A stretch of 64,000 nucleotides of DNA from Podarcis melisellensis (Eukaryota). Both the position numbers and the translations under genes were made by a program. Each line of letters starts with the position of its first letter. Position 1 is the stretch's first letter. Under the pieces are notes generated by a model that saw only the letters and a list, made by a program, of their open reading frames with translations, ran no database searches and was not told the DNA's origin. The stretch lies in the NCBI GenBank assembly GCA_964234715.1, contig OZ174276.1. One strand, 5' to 3'. Shown piece by piece: positions 51,067 through 63,365 of the stretch.

Positions 51067-54000
51067 GTGAGTGTGTTGGGGCAGAAAGGTGGCAGCAGGA
51101 AACAAGCTGCTCGGGTATAATATTTCTGCTTGGCAGTTGGAGAAGGCAGCACCCCTAAAAACTCAGCAGAAGGTAACAGCTGAAAAAAATTGGGTGTAGA
51201 TAAGCCAGAGCTGGGCTCAGGGCAGCTAACACCAATAAAATCACAGTAAAAACATAATTGGGGGGGAGAGACAAAAACAAAGCAATTTAAAATGCAGCCT
51301 CATTTTAAAAGCAGCCAATAAATCAAGATCCATAAGGGGAGGGAAACATAAGGGTCAGACTGAGTCCAAACCAAAGGCCAGGCGGAACAGCTCTGTCTTG
51401 CAGGCCCTGCGGAAAGATGTCAAGTCCCGCAGGGCCCTATTCTCTTGTGACAGAGCGTTCCACCAAGTCGGGGCCAGTACTGAAGAGGCCCTGGCCTTAG
51501 TTGAGACCAGTCTAACCACTTTGCGACCTGGGAACTCCAAAATGTTGTCATTTGTGGACCTTAAGGTCCTCCGCAGGGCATACTAGGAGAGCCGGTCCCG
51601 TAGGTACGTGGGTGCTAGGCCACATAGGGCTTTAAAGGTCAAAACCAGCACCTTAAACCTGACCCTGTACTCCACCAGGAGCCAGCGCAGTTGGTAAAGC
51701 ACGGGATGAATGTGATCCCACGGCAAGGACCCCGTAAGGCATTCTGCACCTGCTGGAGTTTCTGGGTCAGCTTCAAGGGCAGCCCCGCGTAGAGTGAGTT
51801 ACAGTAACCAAGCTTGGAGGTGACCGTCACATGGATCACTGTGGCCAGATCAGGGCGAGAAAGGCAATACAATACCATTGATACAGTACGTGGAGGTGAG
51901 GGAGAGCAAGCACATTGGCCCTTACCATAAAGCTGTTATTGTATTTCCTTGTTCAGAAACAGCTTTGTGGTGCTATCCTGGCTGTTAGTCTTGACTTCAG
52001 AGAGCCAAGACGGGCACCTGTTTTTGTTCTGTAGGAAGAAGGTAGTAGATAAACAGAGCTGGGAGGGGTAGCATCCTCTGAAGAGTTACTTGCATGCTTG
52101 CTGTGACTTTGATAACATTCTTACTGAGCCTTTCCCCCCAGCTGCTGGGTTTCTCCTCTTCCAACTTCTCTGTTCCCAAGTGGAAATTTGGCCCCTCTCT
52201 TCTGTGATGGCTGTGTTTTTTTGATAACTCTTAAGTATGCCCAAAAGGGACTATGTGTCATCTTACATTTTCTCCCAGCATAGGAAATCATTGCTCCCTC
52301 TGCTTCCCCCTAAACCTCAGGCCAAACCAAGGATACAGCACCCTTGGTAAGACCCTCTCTGAAAGAGTCCCTCCACACAGGTATGAGAAACAATTGGAGC
52401 AGGAGGAACAGGCTCTGCAGCAACAGAGGCGCCGACTGTACAATGAGGTGGCCGAGGAGAAAGAAAGGCTCAACCAGCAGGCGGCCAGGTGAGAGAAGTA
52501 GGTACTGGCTTCAAAGCTGCTGGATATGTAGAGCAGGTTTGTCTGTGCAGTGCAGAGTGCATAGAAAGAACCCACCAAGTACTGGAATTCCGCAAGGTAA
52601 CAAACACCAAGTCCCAGAGTGTATTGTTTTCATCATAGACATCTCATACTAAGTTACCAGATGAGATTGGAGCAGCTTGTTCCACTTCCAGGGGGAAACT
52701 TTAGCTCTCAGGAAGATTTGCAGATGTGGCTTCCTCTCTTGCTGTGTACTGCAAGATGCTTGAAACACTGTGGTGAGTGCTCTCCCCATGCCACCCTGGG
52801 TCAGTTCTCTAAATTGCCTTTCCTGGGAGAGTGACTAAGAACAGACTGAGGCTCCAGTTTCCCCCATTTCTCCAGAGAGGTGAGGTCCAGCTTGTCCCTG
52901 GATTGTCTTGCCAAGCCGGGTAAGCTGTCAGTTCCATGGTATTGATCTGTGCTCCCCAGGCAGAGGACTGAGTTGGAGGACCTGCGGCGGCAGCTGGAAG
53001 AGAACAGCTCTGTTGTTACCAAAGCTTTGAAGGAGGAATACAAGAAAGGGAAGGAGGAGCAGGAGCGACGCCATCAGGTCGGTGTATACAACCCTGGGGA
53101 TTTCTGCACTGCTGGGCCATATACGCTCTCGTTTATCGGTAGATGACAATTTTTGCTTTATATGATTCCACTGGTTCCTGAAGTTGAAAATGTAGTTTTA
53201 ACTGCATCTTGATTTCCTGTTGGCCCTCCCCCTCCCTAAACATGTATCCTGTTACGTAGATCAGCTCTGTCCCATGGACTTACCTGCACTTCCCCTGTTG
53301 GACTGGGGCAGCTTTCTACAGGGAGGCATGGCACAATACAGGACAGGAGTGGGCAGAAGGCAGATCTGGTACATTTGTTGCGCATCAGTAAGAGTTTCTG
53401 ACTCCAGATAGTTTAACAAAGAATGGTTCAAGAGCAGCAACAGCAAAATGACCCTAAATTAGGGTACTGAAATGAAAGCAGCTAACTGTTGTGGGAAAGG
53501 ACTTTGAGCTCAGTTTATGGGCTCAGAAAGTGCTCAAAGCCACCCTGGTCTTTAGACATACCCCTGTGTCTTTTGAATATGGCTCTGATTGATTGATCTT
53601 GGAGTTCTAGTAAAAAAACAAAAAAACCACAGCAGATCAAACAAGCCTGAAATCTTCCCTCCCCTGCTATACAGGGCTGGAGTGAGCTAGCTCTTCTCAA
53701 GCTGTAGCTTATCAGGGAAGTGCATAAGTTTGTCTAGAATGGGCCACCAGAAAACCCTTATTTCCCATTATTCAGCACTTGCCACTTGGATTTTGATGGT
53801 GTGGTTGAGGGTTGGCAGACAAATTGTGTCAGTGACCTCAGTTTTTTGACCTGTTTCATTGCAGGACTAGAATGGAATCCCAATCTGCTCCCAGTTCTCT
53901 TTCTGTTTGATGAGTGGGGTGCAGTTTGGAAGGTGAGACCACATACACAGACAGGCAAAGAGCCTGGCAAGCTAGTAGTAAGCATGGCCATGGCCTCTAT

Positions 54001-54880
54001 GTCTCTGTGAGGAATGTGGACGTATAAAACCGAAGGCTGAGGTTGGAGACAGACAGTAGTTTTGAAAACAGCCTCTGTCCTGCCACCTTTGTTTTCCTGT
54101 GGCCAGAGGCGGCTCTGGGGGAACGCAACCGATGTGGTTGCACCGGGTGTGGAGCACTCTTGCAAAGCAGAAAGCTCCATCCTTTCAATCTTTGGAGTGG
54201 TGTAGATGAAAATAATAATTTCAATCCTCTTTGAGCATCCATTTGGTAAACACACATGCTCTTTTGATTTGGAAATCTTGGACCAGGATTAATATATTGC
54301 AGATTGGAAGGGGAAGAGATTGAGGGGTCAGCCCCTCTCTCTCCTTTGTCCCTGATCCCCGCCTCACTGTGCTCTTTCCTCCTTCCTCAAGGCAGAGGTG
54401 CAGGCCTTGAAGGTGCAGCTGGAGATGGAGAAGCAGGCCTGGGAGGCCAACTACCTAAAGAAGGAGGTAATGTTGTAGTTCCCCTTTTAAGCTGCCCTCT
54501 CGCTTTACCTTGGTTGCCCAGATTAAACTTTACCTGAGCTCTCTTGTATTGCCTCCAGGAGGCCTGGCTGCTCACTCGGGAGCGAGAGCTGAGGGAAGAA
54601 GTGCGGAAGGAGAGGGACAAGGAGATTGAACTGGTCATTCAGAGGCTAGAAGCTGACATGTCCTCTGCTAAGGAAGAGTGTGAGAGAGCCACGGAGAACA
54701 GGTAAATCAGTTATGTATGAAGGTCAAAAATAATTGCATTCCCATTGTTCCCTAAATGGCCTTCTGCATTTTGGCTCAAGCTTTTTATAAGCTGGGTTCT
54801 CAGTGTGGACCTTGTGCAGGGTTGTTGTTGTTATTAAAATTTCTATACTGCCCTTCATCTGAGGATCACAGGGCAGTTTG

Positions 54881-54925
<45 letters not shown>

Positions 54926-57446
54926 ATAGTAATGAACAAAAGCAATAACCCCTCCACACATAGTTTAAAAGACCATAGATTGTTTAATTAGCCACAGGCC
55001 TGGGAAAAGAGGAATGTTTTTGCCTGGCTCCTCAAGAAATGTAATGAAAGCTCCAGGAGAGCATTCGGCAAGTTGGGACCCACCACAGAAAAGGCCCAGT
55101 CTTGTGTTTCCACCCTCTGGTCCTTGCATGAAGGAAGCACACAAAGAAGGACCTCAGGTGATGATTGCAAGGTCTGGGTTGGTTCATATGTGGAGATGTG
55201 GTCCTCGAGGTATTGTGACCCTCAACCACACAAGCAAGTAGTTGGCCTAGTCAGGTGGTGTGTATCTGCATATTTTACACACTTGTTTTGCTTTCCTTGA
55301 ATCACCGGCCATTTGAAGCAACAGGTAATAATCCTGACTTTACAGGTGGGATTGCTGGTATTCCTTTGTGACTAGGTCCTTGAACCCACATATTTGCTAC
55401 CTTGCCTTTTTTATTTTTCTCATAGCTCCAGGTATTCATTAGAACTGGTGCATGTTATAGATAGCCCACAGTGCCTTTATCAGTCATTGAAGGCACTTAC
55501 CTCTGTATTTTTGGAAGCTGAAAGCCAGAACGAACTTCCTCAGGACTGGCTTGCCTTTACACACAAACACACTTTGTTCAGAGTGCCAGAAGATCAGAAC
55601 ACTTCATTTGTGCTTTGGCAAATTTGTAAAGCAATGCTGCAGGATATGAGCTCCAAACCAATTCTACCCTTCCACCAATATTTTGTGACTTCTAGACCTC
55701 AGTAATTTTCAGCCCTCTCAAGTGGCCCCAGTGGGCAGAAAGCTTGAGAACCCTTCTCTACAGTCACCTCATTCATAAAAATGGTCTTAAGAGCTGTATT
55801 ATGCCTCAAAGGCCTCCTGATAAAACGGGGGGGGGGGGGTCTGCTCCAGCTTGAGCAGGCAGTCAGGAGCTCTTCCCATTCTCTATTCAGAATAAAGAGA
55901 TTGCGGGACAAATATGAAGCAGAGCTGCAAGAAATGGAACACTCAGAACGTAAACTCCAAGAGCGCTGCAACGAGATGAAGGGACGGCTCTCAGAGGCAG
56001 AAGGCGAGATTTTTCACCTGCGAGGTCTTCTGCGGCAGAAGGAACAGGAGACAGAGGATATCCGAAAGGTGGGTGTATCACAGAGAAGGCAAGTGGTGAC
56101 ATCCTAGTAAGCTTTTTCTGCTCAGACAGGTTCCTCTCCAAATCCAGGGGAGAAAGGGAAGGTAGGGAGGAATCCCAGAGACCCAGATGCGATGAGTATG
56201 GGAGAGGTGTGTGGGTTCTTGTATTTGGATAAGGTTTAAGGACCTGCAAATTCTGCTGGTGTAAACTGCAGAATAAAGAATTAGACAGACCTTGGATGGC
56301 AGCTTGAGCATTGCCTTCTCTCTGACTTTATCTCTTGCATATCTGGAAAGTGACATCAATATGTCACATACTCTTCCCCCTCTCTGCTTGCTGTAACAGG
56401 TAGCGGATCAGCTAAGTCAGGAGCGCAGCAGCCTCTCTGAGGTCATCCGGCAGGAATTTGCAGATCGGCTGGTGAGCACAGAGGAGGAGAACAAGCGGCT
56501 CAAGACAGAAATGGCTGAGCTTCGTGCCCGGCAACGCTTGGAACTGGACAGAGTGAGGAGGGACAAAGAGGAGGAGCTGGAAGAAGTGCATAAAAGGTGA
56601 GGATTGATCTCACTTGCTGTAGATGAGTTCAGGTCTGACCTAGAACAATGCTGCAGCAAGCAACCTGGGCTGGCATATCCCAAATGACGCTTGCGGTTGT
56701 CTTTTCCACCCATGCACGCCCAAGGCAGAAGCTCTTGTCTGTTTTAGTGTGGCAGCCCTGCCAAGGTGCAAAACTGTCAAGTGTCATGTGACAGGGCTGT
56801 ATAGCTAATCAGGGAGCTAACATTCTATGCCTAGATAACCGCAGTTCTGCACCACAACAAGCTGAATTGTGACCTGTATAATCTTATGCAAGTTGGCACC
56901 AATAAGCTGATGACGTATTTTGCATCTGAAAGTCATGAGGAGGGAAGGTTAGAGACCTGTGCTTGGTTCTGAGGTCTTGCTGTCCCTGACTACTGAAAAA
57001 ACCTATATTGTGTCCCACCACTTCTTCTGAGACTTTCAGTAGCACAAATTTCTCTTCACTATCTCAAGTCAGCACTGATCTGTCCCTTGTAGCTTTGGTT
57101 CGTCCCTTGGACCTAGACTGCATGTGAATGCAATAGGTTGAGTTGCTTGTCTTTTTTGCTTGAAGATTTACTACCGTTAATCTGGATCTTCAAGATCTTA
57201 GACAGCAGAGTAAGCAAAATGATCTATTTTTGCAGCACTAACCAGTAGTTTCAAATGTCACCTGTCCCATATTTTATTTATTCCTTAGATTTATATACTG
57301 CCTTTCATCATATGATCTCAGGGTGGTTCTTCATTTGTTGCTGTCTCTAAAAAGAAACCTGCACCCCAGTCATTTTTCAGACATTTGTATAATCTCTTAC
57401 TGCTATTCTGAGAGCAGAAAGACCCATGTATAACTGGATCTATTTT

Positions 57447-57494
<48 letters not shown>

Positions 57495-59769
57495 AGCATC
57501 ACATTTTGCCTAAAGAAACCCCAGCCTTTTTGCAGGGTGCCCAGTCACATGTACAGAGACTGCATGTTTGGAGTTACTACATGTTTTAAACAGTCTACTT
57601 AAATCTGTCTTCATTTGGGGGCACCATTCACCACTGAATGTTGGGAAAGGGCTTATATCGCCATGTGAGATCTTCTAGAGAAGCCAAAGTGAGGAGGCAG
57701 GTATTGTCCTTGGAGAAGCAGGAACATCTTCCTCTTCTTCCCCAGCTTCCAACATGACAGCAGAACATCAAGGGTACCATAAGTGTATGACCCTGGGTCT
57801 CAGTCTCCTTTCGCTTTCTTCTCTGTAGAGTGAAGACAGCAATTGTGAAGAAAGAGGAAGCAGTGAACAGCCTTCGAAAACTACATGAGGTGAGAGCTGC
57901 AAACCTGCTTATCCTTGTCACCATTGATGCAGAGAATAAGACAAAGTGAGGAAAACGATGATGGTTTTAATTCATGGGATCCAAGGGCGCAGGTGGAGAT
58001 TGTGACATGGCAGAGCTAGCCCTGGGCTCATTAGGGGAAGAGACATTGAAGGCACTGGCTGGCTGCCGAGTCACAGTTTCCAAAAGAATTATGAAATGCT
58101 CGTGGCACCAACTCCACCTTGAAAGAAACTACTGAGGAGAAGCCAAAGCCCTATAAAATAAATTAATCCTCTGACTTCTGCAGGCAGTAAGAAAGATCAA
58201 GAGCAAACCAAAGGTAGCTGGCTAGCGATACCGAGAGTGGAATTCAGTCTTGCCGCTCCACTTGTATAATGGCTTTTGATCCAGTGGATGCCTGAAAACT
58301 TGAGGGGTGGGGTATTTCCCATTGGAGCTCTTCAAAATTCTGTTCTAGAGGCTTTTCTAGACCCTCCAGAACAGAGCAGAAGATGGCATGTGTGGGGTAA
58401 AAGGAGAGTTGGAGAAAATTTCCTTCCCTCCTCTCACATTAGTAGAGATGTCTTCTAGAACAAAAGCTGTTCCATATGAGCAATGACAGCATTGGATTGT
58501 AGCCTGTGTTTCGTTTTGTTATTTTTCCTGCTAATGCTGTTAATTTTGTAATGTTCAAGGGAATAAGATGAATAAAGCTATTTGAATTTGTAATTTTGGT
58601 ATTATCTGGTTAATGTTCAATCCAGCATGATTGTAGCCATCCGCCACAGAGGAGCTGCTCCACTGCAAGACTTGAGCAGCAAATTAGTTTAGAAGAAGAA
58701 TGGGGAAAAGTATTATTCCATCCAGCGTGCAATTTAATTGAATGTGTGAACTCTTTGCTAGGAAATATTAACCAAAACAACAATTGCTGTGGGTTGATAA
58801 TAAAAAGCAGTATTAACATTTATTTATTTTTTAATTTTGAAGGATCAATTGGATCAATATGACAGTGCACATATGTTTGCACAAAGTTCCAGAAATCCAT
58901 AAATAAAACACTTCAGTAAACTGGTCATTGATTTTTCCCAAGATAGAATAAAACTTTCTCAATTCTCTTTGATTTTCATGTGGCTAGTTAGTTTCTGCAT
59001 GTTAATGCAGTTTCAAGATCCCCGTTTTTTAATTGCTAACTCCTTATCACATTTTCACCAACACCTTTGTACTTGTTAAGAGATTATTAATGGTTTTTTT
59101 AAAAGTCGGTTTAATTAATTAAATTAATTAATCAGCATGTTTTTTATTAGATTAGTTCCCATAATTTGTTTAATGATATTTAACATTTTCCTCCATGTCT
59201 CCAGGATTTTAGGACAACTTTGCCATGGATATCTCTAATTACTTGTTTCTATACATCCTCTCCAACATATATTAGAATCCATTTCCTAAATGTGATAAAT
59301 CCTGACTGTGATTAGATTAACATCTACTACACAATCTTGTAAGACATTCCTCCTTTTGCAATGCCACATGGAGCTTATGCTCACCCTTTTTAACCACTTC
59401 TGTCCCATCATTCCAAATCATTTCCCTGCAATTTAACTTGTAACTATTTCCTGTTCTCCGCCCTCCCACACACATTAAATTCAACAATAAAAGTGAGACC
59501 TTGAACAATTTTTACCTTGCTGTTTTAAAAGCGATTCCTTAACGATCAGAATAATTTTGATTTGCGTTCATTTTATTAGCTTCTGTTAACTTCTGCGATT
59601 ACATCCTTGCATTGCAAATTCTTCTGTTTTCCTCTTACATCCTTTCACCGCTATACATATTTCTCCCCTGAACTGAATTATCTTCTCTTTTCAGGCAGCC
59701 GTGAAGAGGGCAGACCACCTAGAGGCCCTTTTGGAGCAACAGCGTAAGCAGCTGCTAGCAGCCAAGTAG
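32348..59769 (+). CDS. CEP131: Centrosomal protein of 131 kDa (AZI1), 1101 aa; coding exons 32348-32527, 33901-33995, 35048-35165, 36004-36116, 36989-37102, 37798-37959, 38400-38517, 39854-39973, 40132-40300, 41532-41632, 41861-42043, 42578-42769, 43100-43237, 43942-44067, 44394-44510, 48813-48915, 50641-50842, 52381-52488, 52960-53077, 54392-54466, 54559-54701, 55891-56068, 56400-56596, 57829-57889, 59695-59769
   Basis: Spliced product MKSARG...[10 protein letters not shown]...RSISV...[12 protein letters not shown]...[23 protein letters not shown]...IQ motif (IQRWYRRH)...[13 protein letters not shown]...[18 protein letters not shown]...coiled coils...[24 protein letters not shown]. 25 exons sum to 3306 nt with consistent phases and GT-AG junctions; matches human CEP131 as recalled. 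Confidence 0.96.
34137..34945 (-). mobile_element. L1 LINE 3' fragment
   Basis: Minus-strand translation [25 protein letters not shown] and an HMWWHC-type zinc-knuckle region, homologous to the L1 at 70-620. Confidence 0.85.
39085..39334. mobile_element. Tc1/mariner-type MITE
   Basis: TA|CAGTCATACCTC ... GAGGTACCACTG|TA; internal inverted repeat AACCCGGAAGTAA / TTACTTCCGGGTT; CpG-rich, suggesting a young copy. Confidence 0.85.
43453..43795 (+). mobile_element. Old tRNA-derived SINE interrupted by a hAT MITE (43595-43731)
   Basis: tRNA-like head (AGCTCCGTGGTAGA...GGATTCAGTCC) and tail TAGATGGACCA...TAAGGCATCTTCCTA; the insert is flanked by 8-bp TSD gggtaggc / gggtagac. Confidence 0.7.
45277..45458. 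mobile_element. Tigger/pogo-like MITE
   Basis: TIRs CCGTATGTACTCGA / TCGAGTAAATATAG followed by TA. Confidence 0.6.
45958..46289 (-). mobile_element. L2 LINE 3' fragment with (ATA)n tail
   Basis: (ATA)n 45958-46002, then TTTATACCCCGCCCATCTGGCTGGG...; minus strand encodes a [15 protein letters not shown]-like end of L2 ORF2. Confidence 0.8.
49020..49150 (-). repeat. Compound (ATA)/(GTA) microsatellite tail with a short L2 terminus
   Basis: ataataataat...gtagtagta...ataataata followed by GGGCTCAAGGCGGCTCAC. Confidence 0.65.
49590..50310 (-). mobile_element. L1 LINE 3' fragment
   Basis: Minus ORF 49913-50149 [32 protein letters not shown]...DWKVF is L1 ORF2 C-terminus; adjacent HIWWNC-type motif; T-rich tail at about 49590-49610. 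Confidence 0.85.
51025..51062. repeat. (GA)n microsatellite
   Basis: About 18 GA units. Confidence 0.95.
51206..51864 (-). mobile_element. 5'-truncated L2 LINE, same family as 30886-31830
   Basis: Minus ORFs [36 protein letters not shown] and [32 protein letters not shown]; nucleotide sequence closely matches 31134-31760. Confidence 0.9.
54883..54923. repeat. (CA)n microsatellite
   Basis: About 20 AC units. Confidence 0.95.
57448..57492. repeat. (CA)n microsatellite
   Basis: About 22 AC units. Confidence 0.95.
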
Positions 59770-60801
59770 CGGCTGCACTGGTACGAACAGCCCTGCAAGG
59801 ACAGAGCCAGTGATCACGAACAGCAACAGAAATGTGCCTGTCGTGGCCCACAAGAGACACATACAACGAACACTAATCTGTATGTGGGTTGGGGAGGGCT
59901 CCCCTCTCCCCCTTTTTAAGAAAAAATATTTTTTTTAACCTGTTTCTTTACTTGTGCCTGAGATATGACCTCTGGGTGGTATCCCAGTTCTTGCCAATGT
60001 ATTTTAAGAGTAAATCCAGCTGATTTGTAAGATGTCTGCCTAGCAGTGATTTTTACCCCTCTCTGTTCTCTGCTAAAGCTAGTCTTGCCTGCTTAGGAGA
60101 CCCCCTGTTGGTTGCATTCTTGGCCCTGCATTACTCACCATTGGTAACACGGGAAGCTGCCTTATATACAAAGTTAGACCACTAGTTCATCTAGTCCAGT
60201 ATTGTCTGCACCAGTGTCGGACTGGTAGGGCAGGGGGCACAACAGTAGGTTGAGCCAGAGCCAACGACAGCCAAACCCAACTAATTCTAATGTTGCCCCC
60301 ATCATCCTCCCTGCTGAGTTCTACAAGGGACAACGCTGAGTCTAAGGAGGAGTCAGCTGACCTGTTTGCCACCATCTGAACTGGTTGTAAAGTAGGAAGA
60401 CACACAGGCAGGTGGGAGGTAGCTGAGAGCATTTTCCCTCTCACTTTCCCTTCACCACACATTACTCAAAGCATTCTTTAAAACAGCCAGTTCCCCCTCT
60501 TTTCAGTGTCCCTCCTTTCTTTCTGTACTCAAAATTCTCCCTCTTCTACTCTGCAGCCGCCACATGTGAGAAAGATAAACATATGGGGGGCCTTCAAATA
60601 TTCCACAGTTCCTTCAGATCATGTATTTCACCCCTGGTACCACGAGTTGAGTTCAACTGGAAGCTCCAGATTTGATGTAGTAATTTAGAACAGGTGTTTT
60701 ATTAACGAGCAAACACCCATATATGTACAACACCTGTAATCTGAACTTAACCTTCTCTTAACTGAGCAAACCTGGCAGGCTTTCTCTGAAGGTTTCATAC
60801 A

Positions 60802-61343
60802 TCTTAAAGATTTAGTAACATACGCCATCCCAAAAAGGTTTGCAGATTAAGAGAGAGGAGGAGTCATGAAGATGGTTATCTCTGCGCAAGGGCGAGTTGA
60901 AAAAAGAGGAGGAGGTAGGAAAAGAGGGGTTGATATGAAAATGGGTTGCAAAAAAAGGAGGGAGTAGAAGGCACCTGAATGGGGATGAAGATTAAAGCAG
61001 GGGCATGAAAGGGTCTGTAAAACAGGAAGGGAGGGTGGCTTGGCTTTCTAACTGGGCGGAAGGTTAAAAAGGGTCTTTAGCAGTTGCAATGGGTGGGAGG
61101 AGGAAGTTGCAGGAGGTTACCATGGAAGTGGTTTGTGCGTGTGTGGCGGGTTACACACAAGGGTGGGGAAGTAGACGAACATGGGTGCAAAACTGGGCTG
61201 CATGACAGAGGAGAGAAGTAGATTCAGACATGGGGTTTGGGAAGGTGAAAAGCAAGTTTTGTAGTTGCATGTGATGGGGAGGGGAACCTTGGGCTTAAGC
61301 CGGGGGGATTGATGAGTGAAGCGAGCAGGGGCACAGCCCCTAG
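60802..61343 (+). mobile_element. Candidate non-autonomous Helitron-like element (5' boundary uncertain)
   Basis: Compositionally distinct purine/G-rich block ending GAGTGAAGCGAGCAGGGGCACAGCCCCTAG (GC hairpin plus terminal CTAG); possible A|TC start at 60801-60803. Confidence 0.45.
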
Positions 61344-62749
61344 CTATTAATAAGTATTTATACGAGTCCTATTGCAATTGCCTAAACCATTTCACTTCTA
61401 TTATTTCCTTAACACAGCAGATTAGTTTTACTTAATCTAAAGGCGCACAACTGTTAATTCTGGAAAAGTAGCTGTGTTGCCTGCAGCAGCAGAGCGCTGT
61501 GGTCCAGCAATAGCACTCTGGGGACTTTGTTAAAAGCAAATGTCTCTTCACCAGTTGTTAGTTACCTTTTGCCCTTTATTACTTCTCCAGAGGTTTTTTT
61601 ATTGCTGGTGGGTGTGAAGCATAACACATTTGTAACTTGGTGGGCAGTGGCATCTGTGTTGTAAAAATCCATCTGCCCAGTCTAAAATTTTCCTTGGTTT
61701 CTGGAGTGTACATGCCTGTAAAGAGAATTTGGCTGGTTCTGAGCCTGTGTCTGAGACCATTGCAGATCTGCTGCCCTTTCACAGAGTCTTCCTTGCTATT
61801 GCCTACCAGATACACCTGTGATCAGGCCTAGGCTTAAGTCCTAACAATACCTGAAGCCACTTGCTGTCTGAATTATCATGTGCTACGTGCAGGTCACAAA
61901 GTGCTGTGTTTCAGCGAAGGTGTATCTTGCGGTGAATTGTCTTTGGCAGAAGCAAACACACTTGGTTTTTTTATTATTATTCCCAAAGTCCATTTTATGT
62001 GGGTACCTGGAATTCAATTTATCTTTTTGCATTGTTCAAATAGCTTCAAGTAAAACCTAACCTGGTACAAAAAGTATTGATAATGCACAGTCAAGCTGAC
62101 GCTTGCTCAATCCTCATGACTGTGCCCTGCTTTTACATCTTATCTTTTCCTATTCTCCCTAATGTTTGCATTAATATGGGAATGAATGAAAGATAACTTG
62201 TGAAGTCACAGGAAGATCATTGAAAGCAGACCTGTCACCCCTTTCCGTGGCCCCCGCTTTTGTTATTTGCAGCTAGCCTGGCTAAAGCCATAATACAAAA
62301 TTGGATTTTTCTCCAGCTCCCAATGTCTTTGTTTGGAAAGGAGGGTAAAAGGCTTTCCTGCAGAAACATTCGAAACACACCTGTCCCATATAAGCTTGTT
62401 TACCCCGTGTGTTGTTCTATTTGCATATAGAGTGAGCCTCCTAGAGGATTTGGGTGGCTTGGGAATGTGTGCCACTCGGGTGCTAACACTGCAAAGGACT
62501 CGAGATCCTAAGCACCCGTGTATCCCAAGTAAGTTCCTTTTGAAATCTGTAGGCTTCCTGTTAAATTACTGAACTGTAATTGTGTCAGATCGGTAACTGT
62601 GTTGTGCGTTCCTTCTGCTAACCACAGCAGGTGACGTAAAAGGGAGTGGAAGGGAGGGAGAGAGGAGTGGCCTCACTTTAAGCTCGTGTTCCAACTGTGG
62701 ACAGCAGGCAGCTCCCAACAGACTGGGCCTTGTAGCCACAGATCAAGCA

Positions 62750-62935
62750 GAAGAACATATATAGGAATCTGCCTGTTATCAGATCAGATCATCGGTCCAT
62801 CTAGCTCAGTACTGACTGGCAGTGGCTCTCCAAGATTTCAGGCAGGGTTTTTTTCCCCAACCCTACCTGGAAATCCCAGAGATCAGATGGGATCCTAGGC
62901 AAAACAGATGCTCTTCCTCCACTGAGTTACAGCTC
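62750..62935 (-). mobile_element. Old tRNA-derived SINE (same family as 43453-43795)
   Basis: Reverse complement of the family head and tail: TAGGAATCTGCC...GGTCCATCTAGCTCAGTA...TTTCAGGCAGGG...CCACTGAGTTACAGC. Confidence 0.65.
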
Positions 62936-63282
62936 TGACACTAGACTTTGTCAGAGAAGGAAAACTAATGCACATTCCTCCTGCTTTCAGTTTGGGAGGG
63001 AAAAATAGGAGCAGATGGAGTTACTTATAAAGTGCATTTGTGACAGAGGTATCCTGCATATGTCCAAATAACTGAATACTGGTTTTTAAAATTAAAAATA
63101 CTGCTTTCCGTTACATGGGGATGTTCTACACATGTTCAGAAGACCACTGATAATTTTCTGCTTAGGAAAAAAATGTCGTAATACTTTCAGAGACGCTGGG
63201 CTCAAGGTCCCATCCTTTTGGAGAGCAAAAAAATTGGTCCTATTAAACTCTGTTCTGCTGTTTGATGGGTCTTGTCACCCAA

Positions 63283-63365
63283 GTTGTTTAGTCGTTTAGT
63301 CGTGTCTGACTCTTCGTGACCCCATGGACCAGAGCACGCCAGGCACCTCTGTCCTCCACTGCCTC
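63283..63365 (-). mobile_element. RTE-BovB LINE 3' terminal fragment
   Basis: GTTGTTTAGTCGTTTAGTCGTGTCTGACTCTTCGTGACCCCATGGACCAGAGCACGCCAGGC is the reverse complement of the characteristic BovB 3' end. Confidence 0.8.

Noticed and set aside
52321-52346. 26-nt microexon using GTAAGA at 52347
   Set aside because: Would frameshift and leave a 34-nt intron, too short to splice.
60676-61450. Solo LTR (minus-strand TATAAATA near 61355 and AATAAA near 60698)
   Set aside because: No TG...CA pair with a matching 4-6 bp TSD found; the hairpin-CTAG end fits a Helitron better.
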